A stretch of 61,963 bases of DNA from Deltaproteobacteria bacterium TL4 (GTDB lineage Bacteria; SAR324; NAC60-12). Position numbers and translations under genes: made by a program. The DNA lies in assembly GCA_051382335.1 (NCBI GenBank), contig JBBCAX010000050.1, forward strand, positions 1 to 61,963. Reading direction: 5' to 3'. Shown here one piece after another: positions 49,737 to 59,700 of this stretch (position 1 is the stretch's first letter; every line of letters starts with the position of its first letter). The notes beneath the pieces are model-generated. The model saw only the letters and a list, made by a program, of their open reading frames with translations. It searched no databases and was not told where the DNA came from.

Positions 49737-52700
49737 AGTAGTTGGAGTTGAGTAACCGTTGTTCATATTCCTGTACTTCCAGCCAGGTCGGTTGATGGAG
49801 GAATACGCCCTTCCCCGTGGGCATGCCTCTTAAGAAGATGTAAAGCGCCCCTCCGAATCGGCAGTCGAAGTCTTTTTCGGTGCGGATCTGTAACCAGCGT
49901 AGGATTGCCAGTGTGTAAATGATATACTGCAGTTCATAATGTTCTTTTGCTTCTTGACTTATGGTTGAGTCCTCATAGTCCGCCAACATATTACTTTTCC
50001 AGTCAATAAAATAAACTTTCCCCTGATATTCAAAAATAAAATCAATGGAGCCCTGTAAAAACCCTCTTTGTATCTCCCAGTGCGGTGAGAGGTCCGAGGT
50101 AAGTTGATTCAACAAGGGATGCGCTTTTTCAGGAATGGGAAAATAGAAACTCATTTCTCTTCGGGTTTTCCTGGCCTGTTGGGATAAGGAAATCGTGGTT
50201 TCTCCCAGGGAAATAGGCCGAGTCAACGTATGCCAAATAATAGACGCGCTTCGTCCCAGGGCTTCAATCGGACGATTGTACTTTCCCATGAGATCCGTGA
50301 ATAATTTTTGCACAGGCTTGAGCGAAAGCCAGCCTTCGGGGGAGACCGAAGTTTCAAGAGAATGGAAGTCCACGCTTTCGAGCACTTCATGCAAAAAGCT
50401 ACCTGTTTGCGTTCCACCTGGAAGTACATCGAGTTCTGGAGATTCCATCAGGTTTTCCAGTTCATCCATTTCTTTAGGAGCCACCAGATCTTCCTCACTC
50501 AAGTGAGCCGTTTCGGAAATCGCGGCCAACTCTGCTTTGCGATGCAGCCTGCTGAAAGAACTCACCACAAAACCACGTTTTTGAATTCGTAAGTCCGTCA
50601 GCGAGTCTTCCGCGTCATTCCCAAGACACGAAGAAAATTGAGGAAGGGGCGGGAGCTCAAAAGAGTCCACAGGATTTCCCCCATGATCCGGACGGGCTGA
50701 GGATTGCGCCTCAAAAGACGAGGGCAGCACCTCACTATAACTGAATTCCTTTTGGTTTTCATTGGCAGAATGACTGATTTTGTTCCACGTCGAATCGAGA
50801 CTTTCAAGCAATTGGAAATAGGTGCTTTCCTGATTAATACGGATCACCCTTTTCAGTTCCTTCGTCTCATTATAGGGGTTTACAGGAATGTAGGGCAAAT
50901 AAAGACGTGCTCCCGCACGAGTGAGTGAGACATAGAGCAGGCGTTGTTTTTCCTCATTTTGTTCTTTGGTAAATTGTGCCTTGCCTTCTTTTAACAAATC
51001 AATGATCCACGCTCCTTGCTCATTATGATAACGATAAAAGGAATCCTGAGGGGTATCCGAAAAGCCTCCGTAAATGAAAACCACCGGAAATTCCAAGCCT
51101 TTTGACGCATGCATCGTCATCAATTGTACCGCCTGGCGGTCACTTTCCAGACGTAACAGATTTTGATCTTGTCCAGGGTCCGCTTTTTCCTGGATGAAAG
51201 AAAGCAGTAAGCCCAGGAGTTCTGTTAAATCCAGTTGTTTTTCGGTAGCCTGTTGCGTGAGAATTTCAAACAAGTGAACATAGTTGGTGATTTCCCGCTC
51301 ACTGCTTGTTAAAAATAATTCACGTTGCAGCAGCTCCGTTTGCTGTAATATTTCTTCAAATAATTGTTTAAATTGTTTTTCAATCGCCAGTTGATGCCAA
51401 TGTTTCAGTTGTTGATAATAATGACTGGCCAGGGAGGTATCCTGCGCTAGCTCGACTTGAGACAAAGGAACGGAGAAAAAACGGGTTAACCACGATTTGA
51501 ACCGTTTTGAATGATCCTGCGGTTGGTTGATCGCTGTAAATAAATCATAGATTTCAAAAGCTTCTCTGGTTTGAAACAAGCCTTTTTGTTTATAAAACGC
51601 ATAAGGAATATTTTGTTTTCTGAGGTGTGATACCAGAATTTCACCTTCTGCCCGACTCCTGAAAAGAATGCAAATATCTTGAATTTCCAACTCCCGACTT
51701 TTTTTTGTCTCTGTGTCCGATAACCGGGGTTTCGATTGCAGAAGTCGATTAATTTCAACCGCAATCTGAGCGGCAAAGCTTTCCTTGGCAATTCCCACGT
51801 TGGTCTGAAGACAGGCATTCAGTAGTTTGCTTTTCAACGAATCCTCGTGTTCCCCCCAAAGTTGATCCACGGTCTGAGAAAATAGTTCCCAACCCGTAAA
51901 TCGGGTACCGATGAGCGGTTCAAGGGAGGTTAACAAATCGCGGGGAAATTCTGTTTTTGCTGAATTGAGTTGGCCTTCCAGCCATTTTCGTTTAATTTCA
52001 AAGGAAGGCAGAAGAACAAATAAATGAACCGCTTTACGATCGCGATAATCGTCTTCCAACAACGTATTTTCACGTCCACATTTTGCTCGAATGAAGGGAA
52101 TGGATTCTTCCTGAAACAGAGAGGGATGCTCAAAAATCTGATTCAGCCCTTCAATGAGATCTGGTGTGGAACGAAAGTTATAATCCAATCGAAGCGGGAT
52201 TCCCTGAACTTTGGTAATTTCCGTTCTTGCCTGAATATAGGTTGAAACATCAGCACCTCGAAACCCATAGATCGCCTGTTTAGGATCTCCGATCACCACA
52301 AGTTGATGCTCGCTGCTATCCAGGAAAATACTCTTGAATATTTCCCATTGAATTGAATCGGTATCCTGAAACTCATCAATAATCGCATAGCGATACTTTT
52401 TCTGAATGGCTAAAGTCAACATGGAGGGCGCATTGGAAGGTGTTTTAAGATTCTTATAAACCCGTGTTAACATATCATCAAAATCAAACAACCCTTCTTC
52501 GGTCTTATAGTGTTCCAATTCCTCCCTGAGTTGAGGCAGTAAGGTTTGTAAAAGCCAGACGCGAAGAATCCGGTTTGTGTTCTTATCATCTTCCTCAAGC
52601 GGAATTTGGGCCTCGTGAAAGACCTTGAAGATTTGTTCAACAGCACTCAACCATTGCTGCATCAATGCCGGAAGATCGGAGGGGTTTCCATAGAGTTCCT

Positions 52701-53625
52701 CCTTTTTCCGATTTTTATTGCACCGAGGTTGAAAAATTGCGTTGAGTTCAATGGTCAACAACTCCAACAGCACTTTTGATTCCTGTTTGTGCTGTTTGAA
52801 GTGAGCAAGGACCTCAATTAAATACTTCAAATTTCTCAGGATTTTATTACGAGAAACGCCATTGAGGCTCATCTGTTCAAAAGCTTCAAGGACAGGATGT
52901 GAAACCGCTGGAATTTTCGTTCTCAACTCTCGATCCACACTGCTCAGAAGCATCAAAGGCGCAACCAGTTTATAGAGCACTTCTGAAAAAGGAGCCAGCT
53001 CTGGAATAATTTTCCCCTCTTTATCCAAGAGGTGTAAGAGTTCTTGTTCCAAGCTTTCAATAGGGTGAGATTCTGTGTTATTTTTGATAAATTCGTCAAA
53101 AGGCTCAAAGGTCCCGCAGGGTTGAGATAAAAAACTTTTTTTCAGATAGCGTCTGAACAGATCAGGGAAAATGAGCTGATTACTCCTTTGTTGTTGTTCC
53201 AATAACTGACGATTTTCAAAGGCAAACTCTCGTAACATTCGATGACAAAATCCATGAATCGTATAAATGGCAACCGAATCAAAATCAAGTAAAGCCGCCG
53301 TCAACAATTCTTTCTTACGCGGATCCACTTTCCATAATGGCTTTGTTTCATCGACCACCCGGTTACCGGGAGATTCCAGTTGTTCCCACATCTCCTGCAA
53401 ACGCTTACGGATTCTTTCTTTGAGTTCTGACGTGGCTTTTTCGGTATAGGTGACGAGAAGGAGGGCACGGATGGGCAGTTCCTGTTCCAGGAGTAGCTCC
53501 ACAACCAACTCCTCAATGGTGAAGGTTTTTCCTGTGCCTGCTGACGCTTCCACCACATTATCTTTGCTCAAATCGATTTTGCTGAAAATGCTGGATTTTT
53601 TTTCAAAACAAACCACGTTCATCAA
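49735..53625 (-). CDS. recB: Exodeoxyribonuclease V beta subunit
   Basis: EASAGTGKT, TIHGFC, DEFQDT, GDPKQAIYGFRGAD, TMHASKGLEF, LLYVSLTRA; nuclease GSFLHEVLE, GSID, IDWKS. Confidence 0.92.
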   Translation of the reverse strand: MMNVVCFEKKSSIFSKIDLSKDNVVEASAGTGKTFTIEELVVELLLEQELPIRALLLVTYTEKATSELKERIRKRLQEMWEQLESPGNRVVDETKPLWKVDPRKKELLTAALLDFDSVAIYTIHGFCHRMLREFAFENRQLLEQQQRSNQLIFPDLFRRYLKKSFLSQPCGTFEPFDEFIKNNTESHPIESLEQELLHLLDKEGKIIPELAPFSEVLYKLVAPLMLLSSVDRELRTKIPAVSHPVLEAFEQMSLNGVSRNKILRNLKYLIEVLAHFKQHKQESKVLLELLTIELNAIFQPRCNKNRKKEELYGNPSDLPALMQQWLSAVEQIFKVFHEAQIPLEEDDKNTNRILRVWLLQTLLPQLREELEHYKTEEGLFDFDDMLTRVYKNLKTPSNAPSMLTLAIQKKYRYAIIDEFQDTDSIQWEIFKSIFLDSSEHQLVVIGDPKQAIYGFRGADVSTYIQARTEITKVQGIPLRLDYNFRSTPDLIEGLNQIFEHPSLFQEESIPFIRAKCGRENTLLEDDYRDRKAVHLFVLLPSFEIKRKWLEGQLNSAKTEFPRDLLTSLEPLIGTRFTGWELFSQTVDQLWGEHEDSLKSKLLNACLQTNVGIAKESFAAQIAVEINRLLQSKPRLSDTETKKSRELEIQDICILFRSRAEGEILVSHLRKQNIPYAFYKQKGLFQTREAFEIYDLFTAINQPQDHSKRFKSWLTRFFSVPLSQVELAQDTSLASHYYQQLKHWHQLAIEKQFKQLFEEILQQTELLQRELFLTSSEREITNYVHLFEILTQQATEKQLDLTELLGLLLSFIQEKADPGQDQNLLRLESDRQAVQLMTMHASKGLEFPVVFIYGGFSDTPQDSFYRYHNEQGAWIIDLLKEGKAQFTKEQNEEKQRLLYVSLTRAGARLYLPYIPVNPYNETKELKRVIRINQESTYFQLLESLDSTWNKISHSANENQKEFSYSEVLPSSFEAQSSARPDHGGNPVDSFELPPLPQFSSCLGNDAEDSLTDLRIQKRGFVVSSFSRLHRKAELAAISETAHLSEEDLVAPKEMDELENLMESPELDVLPGGTQTGSFLHEVLESVDFHSLETSVSPEGWLSLKPVQKLFTDLMGKYNRPIEALGRSASIIWHTLTRPISLGETTISLSQQARKTRREMSFYFPIPEKAHPLLNQLTSDLSPHWEIQRGFLQGSIDFIFEYQGKVYFIDWKSNMLADYEDSTISQEAKEHYELQYIIYTLAILRWLQIRTEKDFDCRFGGALYIFLRGMPTGKGVFLHQPTWLEVQEYEQRLLNSNY

Positions 53626-54731
53626 AGTTCCTTGTAAGGGTATTGAAAGTTAACTTTTTTGGAAAATCGATATAAATCTCCGCCGTATTCGGTGAAAGGC
53701 GTTGGCGCTGTTTGCAAAGCGTCAAGGGCTCTGGAGTTGTCAAAAACGGTATCAAAACTGATATAGGGAAGAAAGACTTTAAGCAGAGAGCCGACATAAG
53801 TGATCTGGTTTCTTTGCGGTAATCCCGCAAGCAGGTTGACCACTTTGTCAAAAGGTTGTTCTAATTTTGGCAAAAAAACAGGTTTCCGTTTTAAATCCCG
53901 ACTCAACACGTGGGCAATGTCCTTCAACGTGGAGGACTGCGCTCCCGCGGACAAGTGATAAATGTTATGTTTGAGATCCTCTTTCAAATGAAGTTCAACA
54001 ATAGCCTCGCCCACCCAATCAGCGTTGACAATATCCAGACGCGTTTGAGGATTGAAAGGGAGTAGGCGCAAGTCAGCAAAAAAACAAAAGGCCCGAACCA
54101 TATCAAACTGCGTGGTCTCAGGAAAGCGGGAATCCCCCATCACAATGGAAGGACGCAAGGTCAATAAAGGCACATCCTCGCCTAAAAGTTCGTGCTCCAG
54201 ATACTCGCAAAACTTCTTGGTTCTCCCATACGCGTCATAATCAGAACGCTCCCAATCAATGGCCTCATCTTCATGGACCATTTCATGACTGCGGTGCCCA
54301 GACACACCCACCGTTGAGATATGCGTAAATCGACGAAGACCCTTCGTATCCGCAATCGCACGGGCCAGTTTGATCACAGCAAGAGTTCCTCTCAGGTTCG
54401 TGTTCAAACAGGCCTTTTCGGATTTACGATTTAAAGAGGCGGCAATGTGAAGTATCGAGGTCGTTTGATGCACCAGTTTCTTATGACTCGTTGGATCAAG
54501 CCCCAAATCCGGTTGATGTAAGTCCCCGAACACCATTTCCACGCGGGAAAGATGACTCCGGAATCGCTCTTCAGAAAGATGGAGCTGAAGGGCTTTCCAA
54601 AGTTTATGGATGGCGTCTTCTTTGTTTTTCGCACGAATCAGCAGGGATAAGGCCTGTGTGGTGTTTTCGAGCAGATTGCTAATCACATAGGAACCCAGAT
54701 AACCTGTTCCTCCAGTAATAAAAATACTCAT
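53622..54731 (-). CDS. Extended SDR oxidoreductase (fatty acyl-CoA/thioester reductase-like)
   Basis: ITGGTGYLG, HIAA, HIST, YGRTK, RPSIV. Confidence 0.85.
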   Translation of the reverse strand: MSIFITGGTGYLGSYVISNLLENTTQALSLLIRAKNKEDAIHKLWKALQLHLSEERFRSHLSRVEMVFGDLHQPDLGLDPTSHKKLVHQTTSILHIAASLNRKSEKACLNTNLRGTLAVIKLARAIADTKGLRRFTHISTVGVSGHRSHEMVHEDEAIDWERSDYDAYGRTKKFCEYLEHELLGEDVPLLTLRPSIVMGDSRFPETTQFDMVRAFCFFADLRLLPFNPQTRLDIVNADWVGEAIVELHLKEDLKHNIYHLSAGAQSSTLKDIAHVLSRDLKRKPVFLPKLEQPFDKVVNLLAGLPQRNQITYVGSLLKVFLPYISFDTVFDNSRALDALQTAPTPFTEYGGDLYRFSKKVNFQYPYKEL

Positions 54732-54761
54732 AGTTTCTCAGATGGATTAAGGTTGCCAAAA

Positions 54762-55649
54762 CTATTTCCAGGTTTGGACTTTATAGGCGCTTTGCCAGAA
54801 ACTATACATTAAAAAAATACCGATGGATCGCGATTGTTTGGCCACGATCAAAGGACTCTCTCTTACGACAGAAGTGTACATTTCATGAATCCCATATCCT
54901 CCTCCCAATGTCAATTGGTCTGTGACATCAAAACTGAAATCAACACCATAACTGAACGTGGTGAGACCTGAAGTGGCATGATATTCCGGTCGGCCCTCAA
55001 GCGCGTTTTTGGCCGGGACTTCATAATAGTAATTATTGTACAGGTAGTCTCCTAACAGCCAGGAAACGCTAAATTCCAAAATATGATTGGAAGCACGATT
55101 GAAAACATCGAAACTTAGCGTGGGAGAGAGTGTGTCTCCCACATGAGCAAAGCCACTGCCCACCGTAACACCTACCAGCAGAGGGCTTTCAACATAAAGA
55201 TGGTTGTTTAAATACCACTTGGGATTGATCCCCAGGAGCAGAACAAACGGTAAGTCCTCCATTCCCCTCCGAGTGTAGTTTGTCGAACGATAGATCTCCG
55301 CATGAGGATCCTTGACTTCATTGGGGGGATGGGCCTCAAGGTCGTCACTTTCCAAAGCCCATCTACCGCTTGCACTAAACTCCACTAAAAAATCATCTTG
55401 CTCCGCCAGCTTTATTTTATTGCTATCGCCAAGCTGCAAATAATCCAACCGATAGACAAAAAACGGGAGCGGCAACACGGCATAAATGTGATGGTTGGAA
55501 CCAAAATAATGCGGTGTTTGTCCCCCAATAACCGCAAGTCCACCTTCCCATTGCTGTTTTTGACCTGCCCAAACTCCTGCGGTGAATAACGACAGGATTC
55601 CAGCTAACAAGATTGTTTTCAAGGAGTTGAAACTTCGACAAGGATCCAT
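54762..55649 (-). CDS. MipA/OmpV-family outer-membrane protein
   Basis: Signal peptide, PHYFGS...LPLPFFVYR, RRGMEDL, YNNYYYEV, SPL. Confidence 0.8.
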   Translation of the reverse strand: MDPCRSFNSLKTILLAGILSLFTAGVWAGQKQQWEGGLAVIGGQTPHYFGSNHHIYAVLPLPFFVYRLDYLQLGDSNKIKLAEQDDFLVEFSASGRWALESDDLEAHPPNEVKDPHAEIYRSTNYTRRGMEDLPFVLLLGINPKWYLNNHLYVESPLLVGVTVGSGFAHVGDTLSPTLSFDVFNRASNHILEFSVSWLLGDYLYNNYYYEVPAKNALEGRPEYHATSGLTTFSYGVDFSFDVTDQLTLGGGYGIHEMYTSVVRESPLIVAKQSRSIGIFLMYSFWQSAYKVQTWK

Positions 55650-55943
55650 TCAGTCACTGTCTTTACAAAGGATTTTATCCATTACGATTCGAAAGAACAC
55701 GGGTTCTAACAGCGAAAATAAGAGGCTTCACTGTAATGAACTTTGTAAGACGAAACAATACATATCTGACGAAGTTCCGCTTGATGAATCCAGTCAATGG
55801 ATCCGATATCCCTTGATTTTTTGAAGAGTTTAACTACCCTTACGTCCGGAAATTATTATTGATTTAAAACATTGAAAGTCCGCACTGCTAATCTCCACGG
55901 GCTGGACCCCTAATTGTAATAACTTGATGCGGAAAGGCACATT

Positions 55944-56459
55944 ATGCCCAAGAAAAGTAAGAATGAAAACGTCCCCAAGCAGATGCAAGCCACCTTTGAG
56001 GCTATTGTGGATTTAACGGATAAATTTTGTAAGGAAAGCCTCAACGAAGAATATGCCCTCTTGGCTCGTCAAGCGACAGCGGCCTTATGTCGTAAGCGTC
56101 CTTCTCCTTTAGAAGGTGGCCGGACCAACACATGGGCTTGTGGAATCATCTACGCGCTGGGATTTGTCAACTTTCTGTTCGACAAAGATAATCAGTTTTA
56201 CATAACCACCACCGATCTCTGCAAAGGGTTTGGCCTCAGTAAAAGTACAGGTGCCGCTAAAGCAAAGACCGTCCGTGATCTTTTGGAAATGTTTCAAATG
56301 TCCCCGGATTGGTACTTGCCCAGCAAGATGGAGGATAACGTTCACGCATGGTTGATTTCCGTCAATGGATTTATGGTAGATGCTCGTCATCTGTCTCGTG
56401 AAATACAAGAACTCGCCTTTGAAAAAGGGCTGATTCCCTATATACCCAGTGAGCAATGA
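55944..56459 (+). CDS. DUF6398-like protein
   Basis: TDKFCKESLNEEY, LCRKRPSPL, WACGIIYALG.VNFLFD, AFEKGLIPYIP (family recognised from memory). Confidence 0.75.
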   Translation: MPKKSKNENVPKQMQATFEAIVDLTDKFCKESLNEEYALLARQATAALCRKRPSPLEGGRTNTWACGIIYALGFVNFLFDKDNQFYITTTDLCKGFGLSKSTGAAKAKTVRDLLEMFQMSPDWYLPSKMEDNVHAWLISVNGFMVDARHLSREIQELAFEKGLIPYIPSEQ

Positions 56460-56492
56460 GAAACGCAAAGTAAAAACAAAATTAAGTAAATG

Positions 56493-56637
56493 CTAGGTGG
56501 TTGTCCGAGAATGTGATGTAGGGTGTGCTTTAGCGAAGCGAGCGCACCAGAAAGCTGTCCCCTTATTTTTGGTGCGCTCGCTTCGCTTAAGCGGCACCCT
56601 ACTTAGGCTCAACTTCTATTCTCGGACAGAATCCTAG
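56493..56637. repeat. REP/MITE-like nested palindrome (copy 2, well preserved)
   Basis: CTAG ends; outer IR tgtccgagaat/attctcggaca; GTAGGGTG/CACCCTAC; inner 18-bp stem agcgaagcgagcgcacca/tggtgcgctcgcttcgct. Confidence 0.75.
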
Positions 56638-56795
56638 GCCAAGGGATTCAATGTCAATGTTTTTGAGAACTCAGAAAGGTAAAGTTATGGCAAAAGGATT
56701 GTTAATGGGTTCCATGAAAGTAAGGGGTAGGGTCTTATTGACGATGAGGCCGGCAGGATGATCCATGTCAACAAGGCAAAGAGGGACGAAGCATC

Positions 56796-59700
56796 ATGAC
56801 AAAACAATTTTGTCTGGGGACCTTACTCCTATTCGGACTGTGCACCGTCCTTTTTCTGGGTGCCTGCACTTCGAATGATGAAGAGGTACAGCTATTTTTA
56901 AAAACAAAAAAGTGTGTCCAGTGTAATCTTCGAGGAGTTTCGTTTGATAAAATGAATCTCCAGGGGGCGGATCTGAGAGGCGCGTCTTTGAAAAGGACCA
57001 GTTTTGTTGGCGCAAACCTGGAAGGCGCCATATTTGACGATGCGGATTTAGTCCATGCGGATTTACGTGACAGCAATTTAAAAGGGGTGTCTTTTAAAGG
57101 GGTCTTGATGCAGAGGGCCCGCTTGCAGAGGGCCAATTTGGAGAACGCTGTTTTTCAAAATGCGGATTTGGAGGGCAGCAGTTTTGAAAGTGCCTGGATT
57201 CGAAAAGCCGATTTTTCAAAGGCACAAATGCAGGGAGCCAATTTTCGTTGGGCCATGCTCCAACAAGTGAACATGGAAGGCGCATGGCTGCATCGTGTTG
57301 ATTTCCAGGGCGCAAGCGGCCGCTATGCTAATTTTTTTAAAGCCAGTTTGAAGCATTCCTTTTTACACAAAGCTGACTTTAGGGACTCCAATTTTCAACA
57401 AGCCAGTCTGGAGAATACCCGCCTGGAAGGGGCCCTACTGGAAAACTCGAATTTTGATCGGGCTAACCTGGTTCGAACTCGTTTTGAAAAGGCCAATCTC
57501 ACACAGACGGTATTGACCCATATCAACGCAAAGGATGCGGTTTTTATAGGAGCCACGCTCACGAATGCGAATTTACGCAATGCCAACTTGGGGGGCGCTA
57601 TTTTCAGAGAAAGTCTTGTCCGAAGGGCCCAGTTTCAAAAGGCCAATTTGCAAAATTCGGATTTTAGCTGGGCCGAGATGGAAGCTGCCTCTTTTCAAGA
57701 AGCGCAGCTAACGAAAGCCGTTTTGAAAGGTGCCAATTTACTCAACGCGCAACTGCAAAACGCAAAGCTCCGGGATGCCATCCTCACCAGTGCCAATTTA
57801 CAGCAAGCCAACCTTTCAGGAGCCGATTTACACTGGGCCAATTTGAAAAAAGCAGATTTGCGTCATGCCAATTTGCAATTTGCCGATATCCACGGCACCG
57901 AGTTGTATGGGGCTCGTTTACAAGAGGCGACTTGGGTGGATGGAAACAGTGCCGGTTCCGTTCAGGAACAACTGTCTTTGAGTCGATCCATTGAGTTAAT
58001 GAATGATTATCTGCAAGAACTCCTTTCACCTCTGGCCATTGAGTTTGTTGACGATCCTTTTCGGATTATTTTAGGGCTATTTATTTTAGGCATCGGCTGG
58101 TATGTGATCCGACATCAGCGGCAATCAAAACAGGGAACCTTATTTTATCTTGCGCTCTTGACCCTCAGTATTGGCGTTGCGTTGATTACGACGACTAAAA
58201 TTACTTATCGGTGGTTTGGTGTTCCGCGACTTGGCGATGCTTTAGGTGCAGTGTCCATCTGTTTTATTCTGGGTAGTTTCAATACCCTGGTGGATCAGGT
58301 CTTGGGCTTTACCTCAAAAGTCTTTCTGCTGTGGACCTGGCGTCTTTTTATAGGAATCTCCATCCTGTTGTTGGTGCTGTTGGCCGTCATCTCCCCCTGG
58401 TTTGAAGATGTGATCTATGTTTCCAGTTGGATTGCTCTGCCCGGCATTTTTGCCCTGAGTGTGTTGGGCTTAATTTTTTACATCATTCCTCTAAATACGA
58501 TTTTGAGGGGATTGATTGCTGGCAATCCCGATGCCAAAATAATCACCATTTGTGGAACCCTGGGCTTCCTTTGTAGTGTTCCTCCCATACTCAAATACCT
58601 GGAAATCTTCAACTTGCCCGAATGGACTGAAAATTTACTCTTTTTGGGAAGCGCTATTTATTTTTCCTCTTACGGCTTTATTGGTCTGAGGCGATATATG
58701 GAGGTTAATCGCCAATTAGAAAATAACGCTCGTGTGCTTGAAGAAAAAAATGAGGAACTGTATTCAAAAAATATGGAGTTGTATCGAGCCAATCAGTTAA
58801 AAGATGAATTTCTCGCCAATACCTCTCATGAACTCAGAACGCCCCTCAATGGGATTGTGGGTATAGGCGAATCCATGCTGGCTGGAGCCACAGGAAAGCT
58901 AACTCCGATACAAAGAGTCAACCTCTCCATGATCACCACCAGTGGTCGCCGACTCAACGCGTTGGTGAATGATATCCTGGATTTTTCAAAACTGAAGCAC
59001 CGGAAACTCGATTTACAGATCAAAGCGTTGGGGATGAGGGAAATCACAGAGGTCGTTTTAATGATGTCACAACCGTTGATTGGCACTAAAAATCTGGAGT
59101 TAATTAATGCCATCAGTCATGACATGCCCAAAGTTGCCGCTGATGAAAATAGAGTTCAGCAAATCATGCATAATTTGATAGGCAACTCCCTCAAGTTTAC
59201 CCCTCAAGGAACGATAGAAATTTCCGCGGAAGTCCTCAAACCGTACTTGATGATTCGAGTCACTGATACGGGAATTGGGATTCCTGAAGATAAGTTGGAA
59301 ACGATTTTTGAGTCCTTTGAACAAGGGGACGGTTCCACAGCCCGTGAGTATGGAGGCACAGGCTTGGGGCTTTCCATTACCAAACAATTGATTGAGTTAC
59401 ATGAAGGCAATATCCGTGTTAAGTCGGTATTGGGAAAGGGCACAACCTTTGAGTTCTCACTCCCGTTGGCCAGTGAGAAAGGAGTTGAAGGCCACGAGTG
59501 TTTTGACCTCTTTAACAAAATCAAAGAACTCCCGCTGCATACGTTACTGGAAGGCAAAATGGCAAAAGATCCCCTTCTGTCGAAATTCAAAGATCTCCCC
59601 TTATTTGAATTGTTTAATGAAAAAACCTATGAATCTGTTTTTAGAAAGCTTAAAGAAGGAAGACTCACCGATATATTTGATGACACACATAACATCATTA

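Noticed and set aside
41257..53625. Prophage or defence island suggested by ligase, RecB/RecD and ankyrin genes
   Set aside because: No integrase, structural or recognised defence genes; interspersed with trpBA
56920..57940. Qnr-type quinolone resistance gene
   Set aside because: The pentapeptide repeats are part of an exported domain of a large sensor protein, not a stand-alone cytoplasmic protein
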